From Dehalococcoidia bacterium (GTDB lineage: Bacteria > Chloroflexota > Dehalococcoidia > Bin125): DNA of 64,000 nucleotides. A program made the position numbers and the translations under genes. This document shows positions 22,377 to 32,855 of the stretch, one piece after another (position 1 is the stretch's first letter; every line of letters begins with the position of its first letter). The notes below the pieces were generated by a model. That model saw nothing but the letters and a program-made list of their open reading frames with translations, did no database searches and had not been told where the DNA came from. The stretch is taken from contig CAXXSR010000002.1 of NCBI GenBank assembly GCA_963662615.2, forward strand, positions 160,001 to 224,000, in the 5' to 3' direction.

Positions 22377-22422
22377 GTCTGCCGTCCTGCGCGCTCAACG
22401 GCGGTCAAGCCCGTCGGCGGCG

Positions 22423-23226
22423 CTAGAGAATCTTCGCTTCCCGAAGTTTGCGCACAAGCAGATCCGCCTGCGCCTCCGCCGTGTCGGCCTTTATGAACTC
22501 GCACTCGGTCTCCGTCTTGGGCTGATAGAGCGCCTCCATCTTTACCCGCGCCCCGGCGGCGCCCACCTGGTCCGTCGCCAGGCCCAGGTCGGCGGGGCCC
22601 CAGACGGTGACCTGCTTGCGGGCGGCCTGCATGATCTGGCGGAGCTGCGGGTAGCGGGGATCGCCGAATTCGTTGCTGATGGTGAGCAGGCAGGGAGCGG
22701 GCAGGCGGACCGTCTCGAAGCCGTCCGCCACGACGCGCGAGGCGACGATGTGCTCGCCCTCAAGGGCGACGGCACGCAGGACTGTTACCGAGGGCAGATC
22801 AAGCAGCTCCGCCACGACGCTGCCCACGGCGCCCTGGTCGAAGTCAGCGGCTTGACGCCCGCAGAGGATCACGTCGGGGACGCCGATCTTCTCGATGGCC
22901 TTGGTGAGCGCGAGCGCGGTGGTCCAGCCGTCGCCGCCGTCGAAGGCGGGGTCGCTGAGCTGGTAGCCCTCGTCGGCGCCCATGGCGAGGGCCTGCTTGA
23001 CGACGTCGCGGGCGGACTCCGGGCCCAAGGAGAGGATGCGGATGGCGCCTTGGCCGGCGGCGTCACGGAGCTGCAGGGCGGCTTCCACCGCCTGCGCGTC
23101 GAAGGGGTTGATGACGGGATCAATCCCCGGCGCAGGGAGGAGCTTCATCGCCGCTTCATCCACCTTGAAAGCGGAGGCGGGCGCTTCAGGGTCCGGCACC
23201 TGCTTCACACAGACGATGAAGTCCAC
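22423..23226 (-). CDS. etfB: Electron transfer flavoprotein beta subunit
   Basis: IVCVKQVPD, INPFD..AVE.A, ALAMGAD and GRQAAD motifs; GTG start at 23226. Confidence 0.95.
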   Translation of the reverse strand: MDFIVCVKQVPDPEAPASAFKVDEAAMKLLPAPGIDPVINPFDAQAVEAALQLRDAAGQGAIRILSLGPESARDVVKQALAMGADEGYQLSDPAFDGGDGWTTALALTKAIEKIGVPDVILCGRQAADFDQGAVGSVVAELLDLPSVTVLRAVALEGEHIVASRVVADGFETVRLPAPCLLTISNEFGDPRYPQLRQIMQAARKQVTVWGPADLGLATDQVGAAGARVKMEALYQPKTETECEFIKADTAEAQADLLVRKLREAKIL

Positions 23227-23401
23227 GCGGCAACCTCCTGGGGCCAAGAGGACCCGCTCCCGCGGGTCGTGGCGCTCGCCTGGGCGCGCGTATTCTCGGC
23301 GGGGAGCGGCGCTGACGCAATTGTGCGTGCGGTCCCGCGTGCGCGTGCGTCCGTCCCGGCCCTCAGGCCCGCTCCTCATCGCCTCCTGGGGCGGCTTTCC
23401 C

Positions 23402-25468
23402 TTAGGCGGGTTCCCCAGACGCGGGTTCTCCAGAAGCGGGTTCCCCGGACGTGACGGCGACTTCGAGGAGTTCGGCGACGTCGAAGACCGCCAGGCGGTC
23501 AGCCCCTTCCCGGCCTGCTTGCAGGCTGTCCACGCCGGCCTCCAGCATCTGGATGCAGAAGGGGCAGGCCGTGGCGACAGCGTCGGCGCCGGTGGCGATG
23601 GCTTCCTGGGTGCGGACTTCGTTGACGCGCTCGCGTCCGCCCTCGTCCATCCACATGGTGCCGCCGCCGGCGCCGCAGCAGAGGCCCTTTTCGCAGTTGC
23701 GCGGCATCTCGACGAGCGTGACGTTGGGGATGCGCTCCAGAACGCGGCGCGGCGGACTGTAGATGTCATTGTGGCGCCCCAGGTAGCAGGCGTCGTGGTA
23801 GGTGACGGTCCGCGCGACGCCGTTCTTGGGGACGAGCACGCCCTCCTGCATCAGCCGCTCCAGGAGCTGGGTGTGATGGATCACCTCGTAGGCGCCGCCG
23901 AGGTCAGGATATTCATTCTTGAACGTATTAAAGCAGTGGGGGCAGTTCGTGATGATCTTCTGGACGCCGCCCTCGTTGAACGTGGCGATGAGCTGCTGGG
24001 CGAGGATCTGGAAGAGGTATTCGTTGCCAAGGCGGCGGGCGGGGTCGCCGTTGCAGGTTTCCCCACCAGCGAGCACGCCGAAGGAGACGCCCGCCTGTCG
24101 CAGCAAGGTCGCGAGGGAACGCACCACGGGCTGGGCGCGGTCCACCAGCGCACCCGTGCAGCCGACGAAGTAGAGATACTCTTCCCGCCCCGTCCAGACG
24201 GGGACATCCAGCCCTTCCATCCAGGTCTCGCGCGTGAAGGGCGTCCCGCGCCAGGGGTGCCCTTGGCGCTCCAGCGTCTCGAGCGTGGCCTGCACGGTCT
24301 CGGGCATGCGCGCCTCATCCATGACGAGGTGGCGGCGCATATCGACGATGGTGGGGACGTGCTCAATGAAGACGGGACACGCCTCCATGCAAGCGCCGCA
24401 GGTGTAGCAGGCCCAGAGCTCCTCATCCGTGACAGCGTTGGGGATCATGGGCTGCGCCTCATCCGGGCTCAGGCGCGAGCGAAAGAGGCCGATGCCCTGC
24501 GGCTGCCGCTGCAGCTCCTGGCGCAGGTCATGCATGATCTTCTTGGGGGAGAGGGTCTTGCCGGTCATGCTGGCGGGACAGGCGTCCTCACAGCGGCCGC
24601 ACTCCGTGCAGGAGTAGGTGTCCAGCAACTGCTTCCAGGTGAAGTCATAGATGGCGCCGGCGCCGAACCGCTGCACGCTCTCAACATCGCCGCCCTGCAG
24701 GGCTGGGATGGGGAAGAGCGTGCCCGTGGGACGGAGGGAGCGGAGGTAAACGTTGGGCGCGGCGGTGATGACATGCAGGTGCTTGGAGAAGGGCAGGTAG
24801 GCCAGGAACGTCATCAAGATGAGAAGGTGGCTCCACCAGGCGACGATGTGGATCACGTCTAGGGCGCCGCGATCGATCCCGTCCAGGGCGCGGGAGATGG
24901 CGAAGCTGGCGTAGGAGGCCTCCTGCAGATCACGCCCGCCGAGGAGGGCGAGATCCGTTCCGTTGGTGAGGAGGTCGGCGATCATCAAGCCAGCGATCAG
25001 GCTGAGGATGCCGAGGGCGTCCCAGTTGAGCGTGAGGCGCGCCGGCTTCGTCACCAGCCTTCGGTAGAGGGCCATGGTGACGCCGACCAGCACCAGGACG
25101 TTGAAGGAGTCCATGACGGCGCCGTAGCCGGAGAAGACGTCGCCGAGGAGCGACTGCAACGAGGCGTCGCCATCGATGCCGTCGAGGAGGAAATTGATCG
25201 AGCGCAGGGCCAGGGTGACGAATCCCCAGAAGATTAGCGCGTGCAGGATGCCGCCATAGGGCTGGGTGAGCAGGCGTCGCTGGGCCAGGACGTAGACGAC
25301 GAACGCTCTGGCGCGCGCTCCAGGGTTGGCGAGGCGCGCGTCGGCTTTGGCGAAGCGGAAGAGGCCGAAGCGGTCGTAAAAGGCGAGCAAGAAGAGCGCG
25401 GCGAAGGCGAAGAGCGTGAGATAGAACAGCGCGATCTCTGGGAGTTCCTGCGTGGGGGCCGGGCTCAC
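23402..25468 (-). CDS. Membrane Fe-S oxidoreductase (NarI-like, 2x4Fe-4S, CCG domains); FadF/EtfD-type ETF:quinone oxidoreductase
   Basis: TM region with His ligands; CTECGRCEDACP, CYTCGACMEACP and CCGAGG motifs; adjacent to etfBA. Confidence 0.9.
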   Translation of the reverse strand: MSPAPTQELPEIALFYLTLFAFAALFLLAFYDRFGLFRFAKADARLANPGARARAFVVYVLAQRRLLTQPYGGILHALIFWGFVTLALRSINFLLDGIDGDASLQSLLGDVFSGYGAVMDSFNVLVLVGVTMALYRRLVTKPARLTLNWDALGILSLIAGLMIADLLTNGTDLALLGGRDLQEASYASFAISRALDGIDRGALDVIHIVAWWSHLLILMTFLAYLPFSKHLHVITAAPNVYLRSLRPTGTLFPIPALQGGDVESVQRFGAGAIYDFTWKQLLDTYSCTECGRCEDACPASMTGKTLSPKKIMHDLRQELQRQPQGIGLFRSRLSPDEAQPMIPNAVTDEELWACYTCGACMEACPVFIEHVPTIVDMRRHLVMDEARMPETVQATLETLERQGHPWRGTPFTRETWMEGLDVPVWTGREEYLYFVGCTGALVDRAQPVVRSLATLLRQAGVSFGVLAGGETCNGDPARRLGNEYLFQILAQQLIATFNEGGVQKIITNCPHCFNTFKNEYPDLGGAYEVIHHTQLLERLMQEGVLVPKNGVARTVTYHDACYLGRHNDIYSPPRRVLERIPNVTLVEMPRNCEKGLCCGAGGGTMWMDEGGRERVNEVRTQEAIATGADAVATACPFCIQMLEAGVDSLQAGREGADRLAVFDVAELLEVAVTSGEPASGEPASGEPA

Positions 25469-25549
25469 ATTCCGCTCCCTTCGCGAGCCGTGCCGACAGC
25501 GGAGTCGCGGTCGGTCCGGAGGGCGGCCCGGGGGGCGCTGCGCCGGGCG

Positions 25550-27112
25550 CTAGCGGTTGTCGGAGCGGCCATGCAGCTTGCGGAGATCATCCTTGAGCAC
25601 CTTGCCCATGTGGTTGCGGGGGAGCTCGCCGACGACGGTGAGGTACTGCGGCGTCTTGTAGCTGCCCAGCCGACTCTTGCAGTAGTCGCGGACGGTGTCC
25701 AAGGTGACGGTCATGCCGCGCGCGGGCACAATGACGGCCTTCACCACTTCGCCCCAGTCGGAGTCCGGCACGCCGATGACTGCGGCCTCTTCCACGCTGG
25801 GATGGTCCTCCAGGGCCTGCTCCACCTCACCGGGCGCAATGTTCTCACCGCCGCGAATGATGAGGTCCTTGGTGCGGCCGGTGATGAAGAGGTAGCCGTC
25901 CTCATCCAGGTAGCCGAGGTCGCCGGTGTGGAGCCAGCCGTCCTTGAGGACGTCGCGGGTGGCTTGGTCCTGCTTGTAGTAGCCCTTCATGACACGGCCG
26001 GAGCGGACGCAGATCTCGCCGGCGCGACCGGCGCCGAGGTGCGTCCCCTCATCGTCCTGAACGCTGAGGTCCACGTCGTCCATGATCTTGCCCACGGAGC
26101 GCAACCGATTGTCCTTCTTCGCGATCTCCTCGGGAGTGCCGACTAAGCGATGGTCGTCGGGGCCGAGGAAGCTGATCGACGAAGTGGATTCGGTCTGACC
26201 GTAGGCGTTGATGAGGTCGCAGTCGAAGGCGTCAATGGCGCGGCGGACGGTGTCGTAGGGCATGGGAGCGGCGCCGTAGGCGACCAGCTTGAGGGTGCGG
26301 CCGCTGAAGCGGTGGAAGTCGGGGTGGTCCATGATGCGCCTGAGCATGGTGGGCACCACCATGCTATGCGTGACGCCGTGTTGGTCCACCGCCTCCATCC
26401 AGGCTTCCGGGGAGAATTGTGGCAGGAGCACCAGCGTGCGCCCGCCCCAGACGGCCGAGACCATGGCGGTGACGCCGGCGATGTGAAAGAGCGGGACGCT
26501 GATGAGGATCGTGTCGTGATCCGAGGTGGGATCGGCCGGGGAGACCGTGTTGGTCACGTAGACCGTCAGGTCCTGGTACGTCACGACGACGCCCTTCGGC
26601 GCAGCGGTGGTCCCGGAGGTGAAAATGATGACGCTGGGGTCGTCGTCCTCGACCTCGGCGATGATGGAATTGTCGCTGCCCTGGAGGAGGAGGTCGTCGT
26701 AGTGGAGTTGACCGTCGACCCGGTTTTGCAGGGATACGGCGTGCTGGAGGGAGGGGAGGCGGGGCGAGATCTTGCCGATCAGATCCTGATAGCGGTCGGA
26801 GACGAAGAGGGCCGTGATCCCCGCCGTGTCCATCATGTAGGCGAGTTCGTCGCCGTTGGCGCGGTAGTTGAGCGGCACGAAGGTGAGACCCAACTTGGCG
26901 CAGGCGTAATAGATGATGACGTGCTGGGCGGAGTTGACGGCGATCACGCCCACGGCGTCGCCCTTGGCCAGGCCCAGCCCCCCGAGTGCGTTGGCCAGGC
27001 GGACGACCTCGTCGCTGGTCTCCAGGTAGGTCCGCGGGCGCTCGCCCTCGATCAGGGCGACGCGGTCGGGCAGGACGGCCGTGGACATATCCAGGAACTC
27101 GGCGGTGTTCAT
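25550..27112 (-). CDS. Long-chain acyl-CoA ligase (AMP-binding)
   Basis: FTSGTTAAPKG, YGQTE, GWLHTGD and GKVLK motifs. Confidence 0.95.
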   Translation of the reverse strand: MNTAEFLDMSTAVLPDRVALIEGERPRTYLETSDEVVRLANALGGLGLAKGDAVGVIAVNSAQHVIIYYACAKLGLTFVPLNYRANGDELAYMMDTAGITALFVSDRYQDLIGKISPRLPSLQHAVSLQNRVDGQLHYDDLLLQGSDNSIIAEVEDDDPSVIIFTSGTTAAPKGVVVTYQDLTVYVTNTVSPADPTSDHDTILISVPLFHIAGVTAMVSAVWGGRTLVLLPQFSPEAWMEAVDQHGVTHSMVVPTMLRRIMDHPDFHRFSGRTLKLVAYGAAPMPYDTVRRAIDAFDCDLINAYGQTESTSSISFLGPDDHRLVGTPEEIAKKDNRLRSVGKIMDDVDLSVQDDEGTHLGAGRAGEICVRSGRVMKGYYKQDQATRDVLKDGWLHTGDLGYLDEDGYLFITGRTKDLIIRGGENIAPGEVEQALEDHPSVEEAAVIGVPDSDWGEVVKAVIVPARGMTVTLDTVRDYCKSRLGSYKTPQYLTVVGELPRNHMGKVLKDDLRKLHGRSDNR

Positions 27113-27271
27113 ATGCGGCCCTCCCGTGCCGCGCCTGGAGCCGACCGGCCTTGGTGTCGGCTCGGGGGCGCCGACGCGGGCGCGCGCCGGGCACGCCCAA
27201 GCCGGACGGATCTCACCCGTAGGGTAGCGCGCACCGCAGCGATGGCTGGTTCAGGCCGGTGAGGCTGGGCT

Positions 27272-28045
27272 CTATTGCTCCCCGGGCAGCCGCTCCCGCG
27301 TCGTCCTGCCTGAAGTTTGGGCACGCTGGAGGAGGGCGGCCAAGGCATCGCGGGCGATGGCGGCATGGAGGGGCCCGTCGAGGCCGCGCCGGATCGCGTG
27401 CTTGGCCCGAACCAAGGTCGCCGTGTCGGCGGCGGCGAGGCGGCGCGCGAGAGCGGCGACGCTCTCGTCCAGCGACTCGTTCGGCACGACCTGACTGACC
27501 AAGCCCCAGGACAGCGCCTCGCGCGCGTCGATGCGGTCGCCGCTCAGAACGAGGCGCAGGGCGAGAGCGGGGGGGACGGAGCGCGGCAGCGTCTGGGTGC
27601 CGCCGGCGGAAGGGATGTAGCCCAAGCCGACTTCCGGCAGGGCGATGACCGTGTCCTCCGCGGCGATGCGAAGGTCGCAGAAGAGCGGCAGCTCAATGCC
27701 GGCGCCCAAGCAGAAGCCGTGCAGCGCGGCGATCGTGATGAGCGGGAGATCCTCGAGCAGCGCCCAGAGGTCGCGTTCGTGCCGGGCGCGGCGAGCCTCA
27801 ACCAAAGAAGGAGCGGCGCCGAACTCCGTCACGTCGGCGCCAGCGCAGAAGGCACGGGGCGAGTTGCCGTGGAAGGAGAGCACGCGAACGTCGGGGTCCT
27901 CAATGGCGGCGTGGAGGAACGTCCAGAGGTCGTCGCGCATTGCCAGGTTGATGGCGTTGAGCCTGTCGGGGCGGTTGAGCGTGATGCGGGCCAGGCCGGG
28001 CTCCGGCTTGTGGTAGAAGACGAAGGGTTCGCGAGAGGGGGCCAT
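27272..28045 (-). CDS. Enoyl-CoA hydratase/isomerase family protein
   Basis: ITLNRP..LNA, FCAGAD and GIEL..CDLRIA motifs. Confidence 0.92.
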   Translation of the reverse strand: MAPSREPFVFYHKPEPGLARITLNRPDRLNAINLAMRDDLWTFLHAAIEDPDVRVLSFHGNSPRAFCAGADVTEFGAAPSLVEARRARHERDLWALLEDLPLITIAALHGFCLGAGIELPLFCDLRIAAEDTVIALPEVGLGYIPSAGGTQTLPRSVPPALALRLVLSGDRIDAREALSWGLVSQVVPNESLDESVAALARRLAAADTATLVRAKHAIRRGLDGPLHAAIARDALAALLQRAQTSGRTTRERLPGEQ

Positions 28046-28057
28046 GTAAGCGGCGAC

Positions 28058-28801
28058 CTAGCGCCCCAGGAAACGGGGCGGGCGCTTCTCCCCAAAGGCG
28101 CGGACGCCCTCGGCGCGGTCGGCGGTGGCTTGGAGCAGCACTGTGAGGTCCGTCTCGAATCGCAAGGCCTCGGCCAGCGGCATTTCGAGACCGCGCCGCA
28201 GCGATTCCTTGGCCATGCGCGTGGCGATGGGGGCCCGCTCCGCAATGCGGCCCGCCAAGGCGCGGGCCTCGGCGCGGGCGGCGTTGGGCGCCGGGGCCGC
28301 CACCACGCTCGCGAGGCCCCATTGCAACGCGGTGGGCGCGTCGATGGGGGCGTCGGCAAGGAGCAGCTCCAAAGCGCGGGCGCGGCCGACGAGACGGCCC
28401 AATCGTTGCAAGCCTGCCGCGATGGGCAGAGCGCCCTGGGCGATGCCGGGCAGCGCGAAGGTGGCCGAGGCGGCGGCCACGCGGATATCGCCGCAGAGCG
28501 CCAGCTCCAGGCCGGCGTCGCGGACGGCGCCCTCCACCACGACGATCGTGGGTTGGGGCAGTGCGGCCAGAGGGCCGAAAGGGTCGCCCATCAGGCCAGC
28601 CTCATCGGCTCGCTCCCATGCCTCAACGCTCCAGCCCGCCCAGGTCTCCGCCGCCGCCTGCAGCACGAGCACGCGCACGGCGTCATTGACGCCGACCTGC
28701 TCGCAGGAGCGGCGCAGCCGATCGACGGAGGCGCGGTCCAGCGGCCCCGCGAGGGTCACGGTGGCGATCGTGTCATCGACAGCGAGGAGGGTTTCGGCCA
28801 T
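28058..28801 (-). CDS. Enoyl-CoA hydratase-like protein (degenerate)
   Basis: GLELALCGDIRVA and AF.EKRPP.F motifs; FCAGAD motif absent. Confidence 0.85.
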   Translation of the reverse strand: MAETLLAVDDTIATVTLAGPLDRASVDRLRRSCEQVGVNDAVRVLVLQAAAETWAGWSVEAWERADEAGLMGDPFGPLAALPQPTIVVVEGAVRDAGLELALCGDIRVAAASATFALPGIAQGALPIAAGLQRLGRLVGRARALELLLADAPIDAPTALQWGLASVVAAPAPNAARAEARALAGRIAERAPIATRMAKESLRRGLEMPLAEALRFETDLTVLLQATADRAEGVRAFGEKRPPRFLGR

Positions 28802-29000
28802 CGGCGGTCTCGATCTGCGGCTCTCGCGTCGCCGCACGCGCCTAGCTCGTGCGCGGGGTTCCGGCGCGGCGAACCGGGTCCCGAGCGTAGGCAGCGCGGC
28901 GGCGGCGCGTCAACGGGAGCGCCGGCAGCGTGTAATCTGGATAGAGCGGATCGGGGCCGCCGCGGCAGTCGCCGGCATGGCACGGAGGCGGAGAAGAGCG

Positions 29001-30278
29001 ATGGTTGGGGACGAGCGCCTACGGTGGCTGATGCGACGGGCGCTGCGCAGCGGTGGGTTGCTGATCGTGGCGGCGGCGCTCGCGGCGGCCGCCTGCGGCG
29101 GCGGCGATGATGACGCCACGACCGGAGATGGGCAGGAGCAGGCGGCCGATGCGCCCGCCGCCGCAGAGGCGGCCGTCGACGGTGAGGGCGCGGTAGCTCC
29201 GCCGCCGCCGGATCGTGCACGACAGCTGGAACCGGTCCCCGCGGATCCGGCCGCCGCCGGAGTCGCTGCCATCCAGAGCGGTCGCTTCAGCCTGGACGTG
29301 CAGCTGCAGTTGGATGAGGTCCCGACCCTTCCGGAGGAGCAGCAGTTCGTCCAGCCGCTCCTTGGCTTGCTGGAAGATTTGCACGCCGAGGGGGCATTTA
29401 ACGCCGCCGGTGATTTCGAGCTGGCGGCGGAGTTCGGCAGCGGCGCGCCGATTCCGTCGATCGAGCTCGTCTCCGCGGGCGGGGCGCTGTACACGAACAT
29501 CGGCTTCGGGTGGACGGAGGGCGCGGCGGGGCTGCCGGCGTTGCTGGGCGCGTTTGGACTCGACGCCGACGGTCTGGAGCTGAACCCCGCGGACTTGGAC
29601 CTGGGCGGCCTGGACATCGGTGATCTGGACTTTGGCGATCTCGACCTTGGCGGCTTGGGCGCCTTCGACGTGAGTGGAGGCGGCCTGGGGCTGTTCGGCG
29701 AGGACATCATTGGCGAGCTGACTGCGGCCGGGTTCGAGAAGGTCGGTGGGGAGACCATCGACGGGCGCGAGGCGGATCGCTGGCACGGGTCCGGCGACGC
29801 GCTGGCCGCGTTGCTAGCCGAGGAGGGCAACGCGACGATAGACGGGTTGGAGATCGATGTCTGGATCGACCGCGAGAGCAGTCAGCCACTGCAGGTCGAG
29901 GCGAGCGGGGAGGGCATCTCGATTGCGGACCCCGTCGATGGCACGACCGTCCGGATCGATGATCTTGACTTGGCGGTTGCTCTCGATCCGGCCACGCAGA
30001 CGCCGGTTTCCTTCAATCTGAGCATCAAGGGGATCGAGGTGATCTCCTTGGACCCCGTCGATGGCGGAACCGTGACGATCGACGAGGTCGCGGTGATGTT
30101 CGCGATCGACCCGGCGACGGAGACGCTCGTCCTGCTCGACATTAATCTCATTGGGCTGGACGCAACCGGCGCCCCGGACGACGCGCTCGCCGCCGCGCGA
30201 GGGGACGTGCGGGTGCGCTTCGCGCTAACGAATCTGAACGATCGCATCGCGATTGTGGCACCGCCGGTCACCTCCTAG
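29001..30278 (+). CDS. Lipoprotein (LppX/LolA-like fold) with internal repeats
   Basis: Lipobox LAAAAC-GGGDD; G.ETIDG..A..W and IDVWID motifs. Start at 29001 or 29031. Confidence 0.75.
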   Translation: MVGDERLRWLMRRALRSGGLLIVAAALAAAACGGGDDDATTGDGQEQAADAPAAAEAAVDGEGAVAPPPPDRARQLEPVPADPAAAGVAAIQSGRFSLDVQLQLDEVPTLPEEQQFVQPLLGLLEDLHAEGAFNAAGDFELAAEFGSGAPIPSIELVSAGGALYTNIGFGWTEGAAGLPALLGAFGLDADGLELNPADLDLGGLDIGDLDFGDLDLGGLGAFDVSGGGLGLFGEDIIGELTAAGFEKVGGETIDGREADRWHGSGDALAALLAEEGNATIDGLEIDVWIDRESSQPLQVEASGEGISIADPVDGTTVRIDDLDLAVALDPATQTPVSFNLSIKGIEVISLDPVDGGTVTIDEVAVMFAIDPATETLVLLDINLIGLDATGAPDDALAAARGDVRVRFALTNLNDRIAIVAPPVTS

Positions 30279-30342
30279 ACCGCCGCCGCAGGCCTGGTCC
30301 GTCCCGCAAGAGGAGTCCGCGCGGCCCAGGACCCGACGGGCT

Positions 30343-32781
30343 CTACGGCCCCGACGGCTGGAGCGTCAGCCGCTGGGCGCCGTCCGCCTGGATTGCGGCG
30401 CGGTCGGTAGGGAGGGGGCGGAGGCGGCCGTAGCGCCAGTCGTCCAGGAGGTCGTGGGCGTGGGCCGCTCCGCGCCAGCCGGACTGCCCGCCGGCAAGCG
30501 CGAAATGCGCTGTGGGCGGGTCCGTCATCTGCACGATGAGCCGGAGGGCCGGGATGGCGGTCACCGGGGCGAACGGATCGGTGGCGAGCGGGCTGCCCTG
30601 GCAGACGGTGTTGGCCTCTCCTCCGAAGGGAATGGGGCCGACGTTGAAGAGTCGCGCGAGCGCCGGCACTTGGCCCAAGCCGTGGACGAGCGTGAGCTGA
30701 TGGCAGCGCCCCCATGTCCAGCGTCGCTGGTCCTCGCCCAGACGCTCGCGCAGCAACGCCACGCCGTCACGGAAGGCGCGGGTGAGAGCGGCGATCCAGA
30801 CCCTGCGGCCCTCCACCGAGGGGCCGACGGGGCCAAACCAGTCCGCCGGTGCACGATTGAGCAGGCCGGTCAGGAGCGACGCGGCGCGACCGGCGATCAG
30901 GTTGACGTTGGGGATGGCGTGGCTGTTGCCGAGGTAGAGGGCCACGTCTTCGCCCAGCCGGGCTCGGAGCACCGCGTCGAGGAGCCGGCTGTAGGTGGCT
31001 GCCACGACCGCCGCGGCCACTGAGGCGGGCTCCATGCGGCCGTCCCAGCGGCGGATCAGCGCCAGCAGCGCGCGCTCCTGGTCGCCGGCGGGCGCGAGGG
31101 CGAGGAGATGGTCCCGGACGGAGAGGAGGGCCAGCGATTTCCGATCGGCCTGGAGCGCGCGCGCCGCCTCCACGCTGTGGGGCGCGGTGGCCGCCAAGGC
31201 CTGGCCAATTCGCGCCGCCCGATAGCCATCCAGAAATTCGCCGGCGAAGGGGAGTTGGTCCGCAGGTCGCGGAGGGTTGTTGGCGCTCCAAACGTGGCCC
31301 TCCGGCGGATGGAACTCATGGGGCAACTCTTCCCAGGGGATGTAGCCCTGCCAGTCGTAGGCGGCGTCCCAACCGGGCGCCGGCAGCCAGCCGGCGCCGG
31401 GGCGGCGGCGCGGGACGGGCCCGACGAACTGGATGCCGACGCGGCCATCGACGTCGGCGTAGGCCAAGGTCAGATTGTAGTCGTGAAAGCCGGCCGCGGC
31501 GCGGCGAAAGTCGTCGATGCTTGCCGCCGTGGGGAGCGCCAGAAGCGCGTCGGCGGAGTGCACGGGGTCCAGGACAGCGCTGCGCAAGGCGAGGGCCTGG
31601 CGGATACCGGGCAGCTCGGACGAAACCACGGGCCCGTGGCGGGTGATGCGCACACGGAGGGTCAGGGCGGGGTGGCCGCGTACCGCGATACGCTCCTCCG
31701 CGATTTCGGCGTCGCGCCAGCCGTCAGGGGCCCGGTAGCGGATGCCGTCATCCGCGAACTCTTCCACGAACAGCTCTTGCACAGAGGCGAGGCCGGCCGT
31801 GGGCCCCCAGGCGATGCGCCGATTGAAGCCCCAGGTGATGCCCGGGAGCCCGGCGAGGCCCGCACCGGCGACGTCAAACTCCGGGCAGTGGAGGTGAACG
31901 AAATAGGCGAAGGGAGGATTGGTGGCCGCCAGGTGTGGGTCGCAGGCGAGCAGCGCGTGGCCGTCGGCGCAGTGGTCGGCGTCGACGGCCCAGTTATTGC
32001 TGCCGGCCCCAGGGCCGCCCAGCCCCGTCGCCTGGACGATGGCCGCGTAGTCCTGGATGAGATCGCCGGCGAGAGCGCCGTAGGGAGCGCCGGGCGGAGC
32101 CATGACCGGGCCCTGGTGCGGATAGCCGGGGTCGACGGCCATGAGCGCGGGGAGGCCGACCGCCTCAACGAGTCGGGCGCGGATGATTTGGGCCTCCCAA
32201 GCCGGCGACAGCATGAAGCTGACCAGCTTGGACCAGATGATGGAGTCCTGCGGCCGCCAGGGCTCCGGCTGGTAGTCAAGGATGCGGATCTCCAGGGGCA
32301 GGGGCGTGGCAGCCATGCCCGCATTGATGCCGCCGAAGTACGGCTCCAGGCGACGCTGCAAGGCCGCGGGGGTGGCCGCCCAGGCGGCGGCGGCGGCGCG
32401 ATGCAGCCCCACGTGCCGCATCAGGCGATCGCTGGGGAGGGCCGTGGGACCCGCCACTTCCGCCATGCGACCGCCGCCGACGCGGCGGTAGAACTCCATT
32501 TGCCAGAAGCGGTCCTGCACGTGGACGAAGCCGAGGGCGAAGAGCGCGTCGTCCGGGTTGCGGGCGAAGATGTGGGGGATGCCGGAGCGGTCGCGGAGGA
32601 CGTCGACCGGCGCATGGAGCCCGTCGACGCGCTGCACCCCGTCCAGCGAGGGGCCGGGCGGGGAGCGGCGCATCTCCCCCGCCAGGGCGCGGAAGAAGGC
32701 GCCGCCTTGGACGGCGGAGAGGCGAAGCGAACGCCAGCGGCCGAGGAGCGGCCCCGCGCCCAGGTGTCTGCGCCTATCCAT
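30343..32781 (-). CDS. Penicillin acylase family (Ntn-hydrolase)
   Basis: RDRSGIPHI.A, QDRFWQM, GSNNW autoproteolytic Ser and DPHL motifs. Confidence 0.93.
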   Translation of the reverse strand: MDRRRHLGAGPLLGRWRSLRLSAVQGGAFFRALAGEMRRSPPGPSLDGVQRVDGLHAPVDVLRDRSGIPHIFARNPDDALFALGFVHVQDRFWQMEFYRRVGGGRMAEVAGPTALPSDRLMRHVGLHRAAAAAWAATPAALQRRLEPYFGGINAGMAATPLPLEIRILDYQPEPWRPQDSIIWSKLVSFMLSPAWEAQIIRARLVEAVGLPALMAVDPGYPHQGPVMAPPGAPYGALAGDLIQDYAAIVQATGLGGPGAGSNNWAVDADHCADGHALLACDPHLAATNPPFAYFVHLHCPEFDVAGAGLAGLPGITWGFNRRIAWGPTAGLASVQELFVEEFADDGIRYRAPDGWRDAEIAEERIAVRGHPALTLRVRITRHGPVVSSELPGIRQALALRSAVLDPVHSADALLALPTAASIDDFRRAAAGFHDYNLTLAYADVDGRVGIQFVGPVPRRRPGAGWLPAPGWDAAYDWQGYIPWEELPHEFHPPEGHVWSANNPPRPADQLPFAGEFLDGYRAARIGQALAATAPHSVEAARALQADRKSLALLSVRDHLLALAPAGDQERALLALIRRWDGRMEPASVAAAVVAATYSRLLDAVLRARLGEDVALYLGNSHAIPNVNLIAGRAASLLTGLLNRAPADWFGPVGPSVEGRRVWIAALTRAFRDGVALLRERLGEDQRRWTWGRCHQLTLVHGLGQVPALARLFNVGPIPFGGEANTVCQGSPLATDPFAPVTAIPALRLIVQMTDPPTAHFALAGGQSGWRGAAHAHDLLDDWRYGRLRPLPTDRAAIQADGAQRLTLQPSGP

Positions 32782-32855
32782 GCCGCGCGATTGTAGCCCG
32801 GCCGCTGCTATGCTGCGGCGGATCTGCTGCGGGTGAATCCGGGCTGGAGTGAGCA

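Noticed and set aside
21384-28801. etf/Fe-S oxidoreductase/acyl-CoA cluster as a novel system
   Set aside because: Matches the known FadF/EtfD-linked beta-oxidation arrangement.
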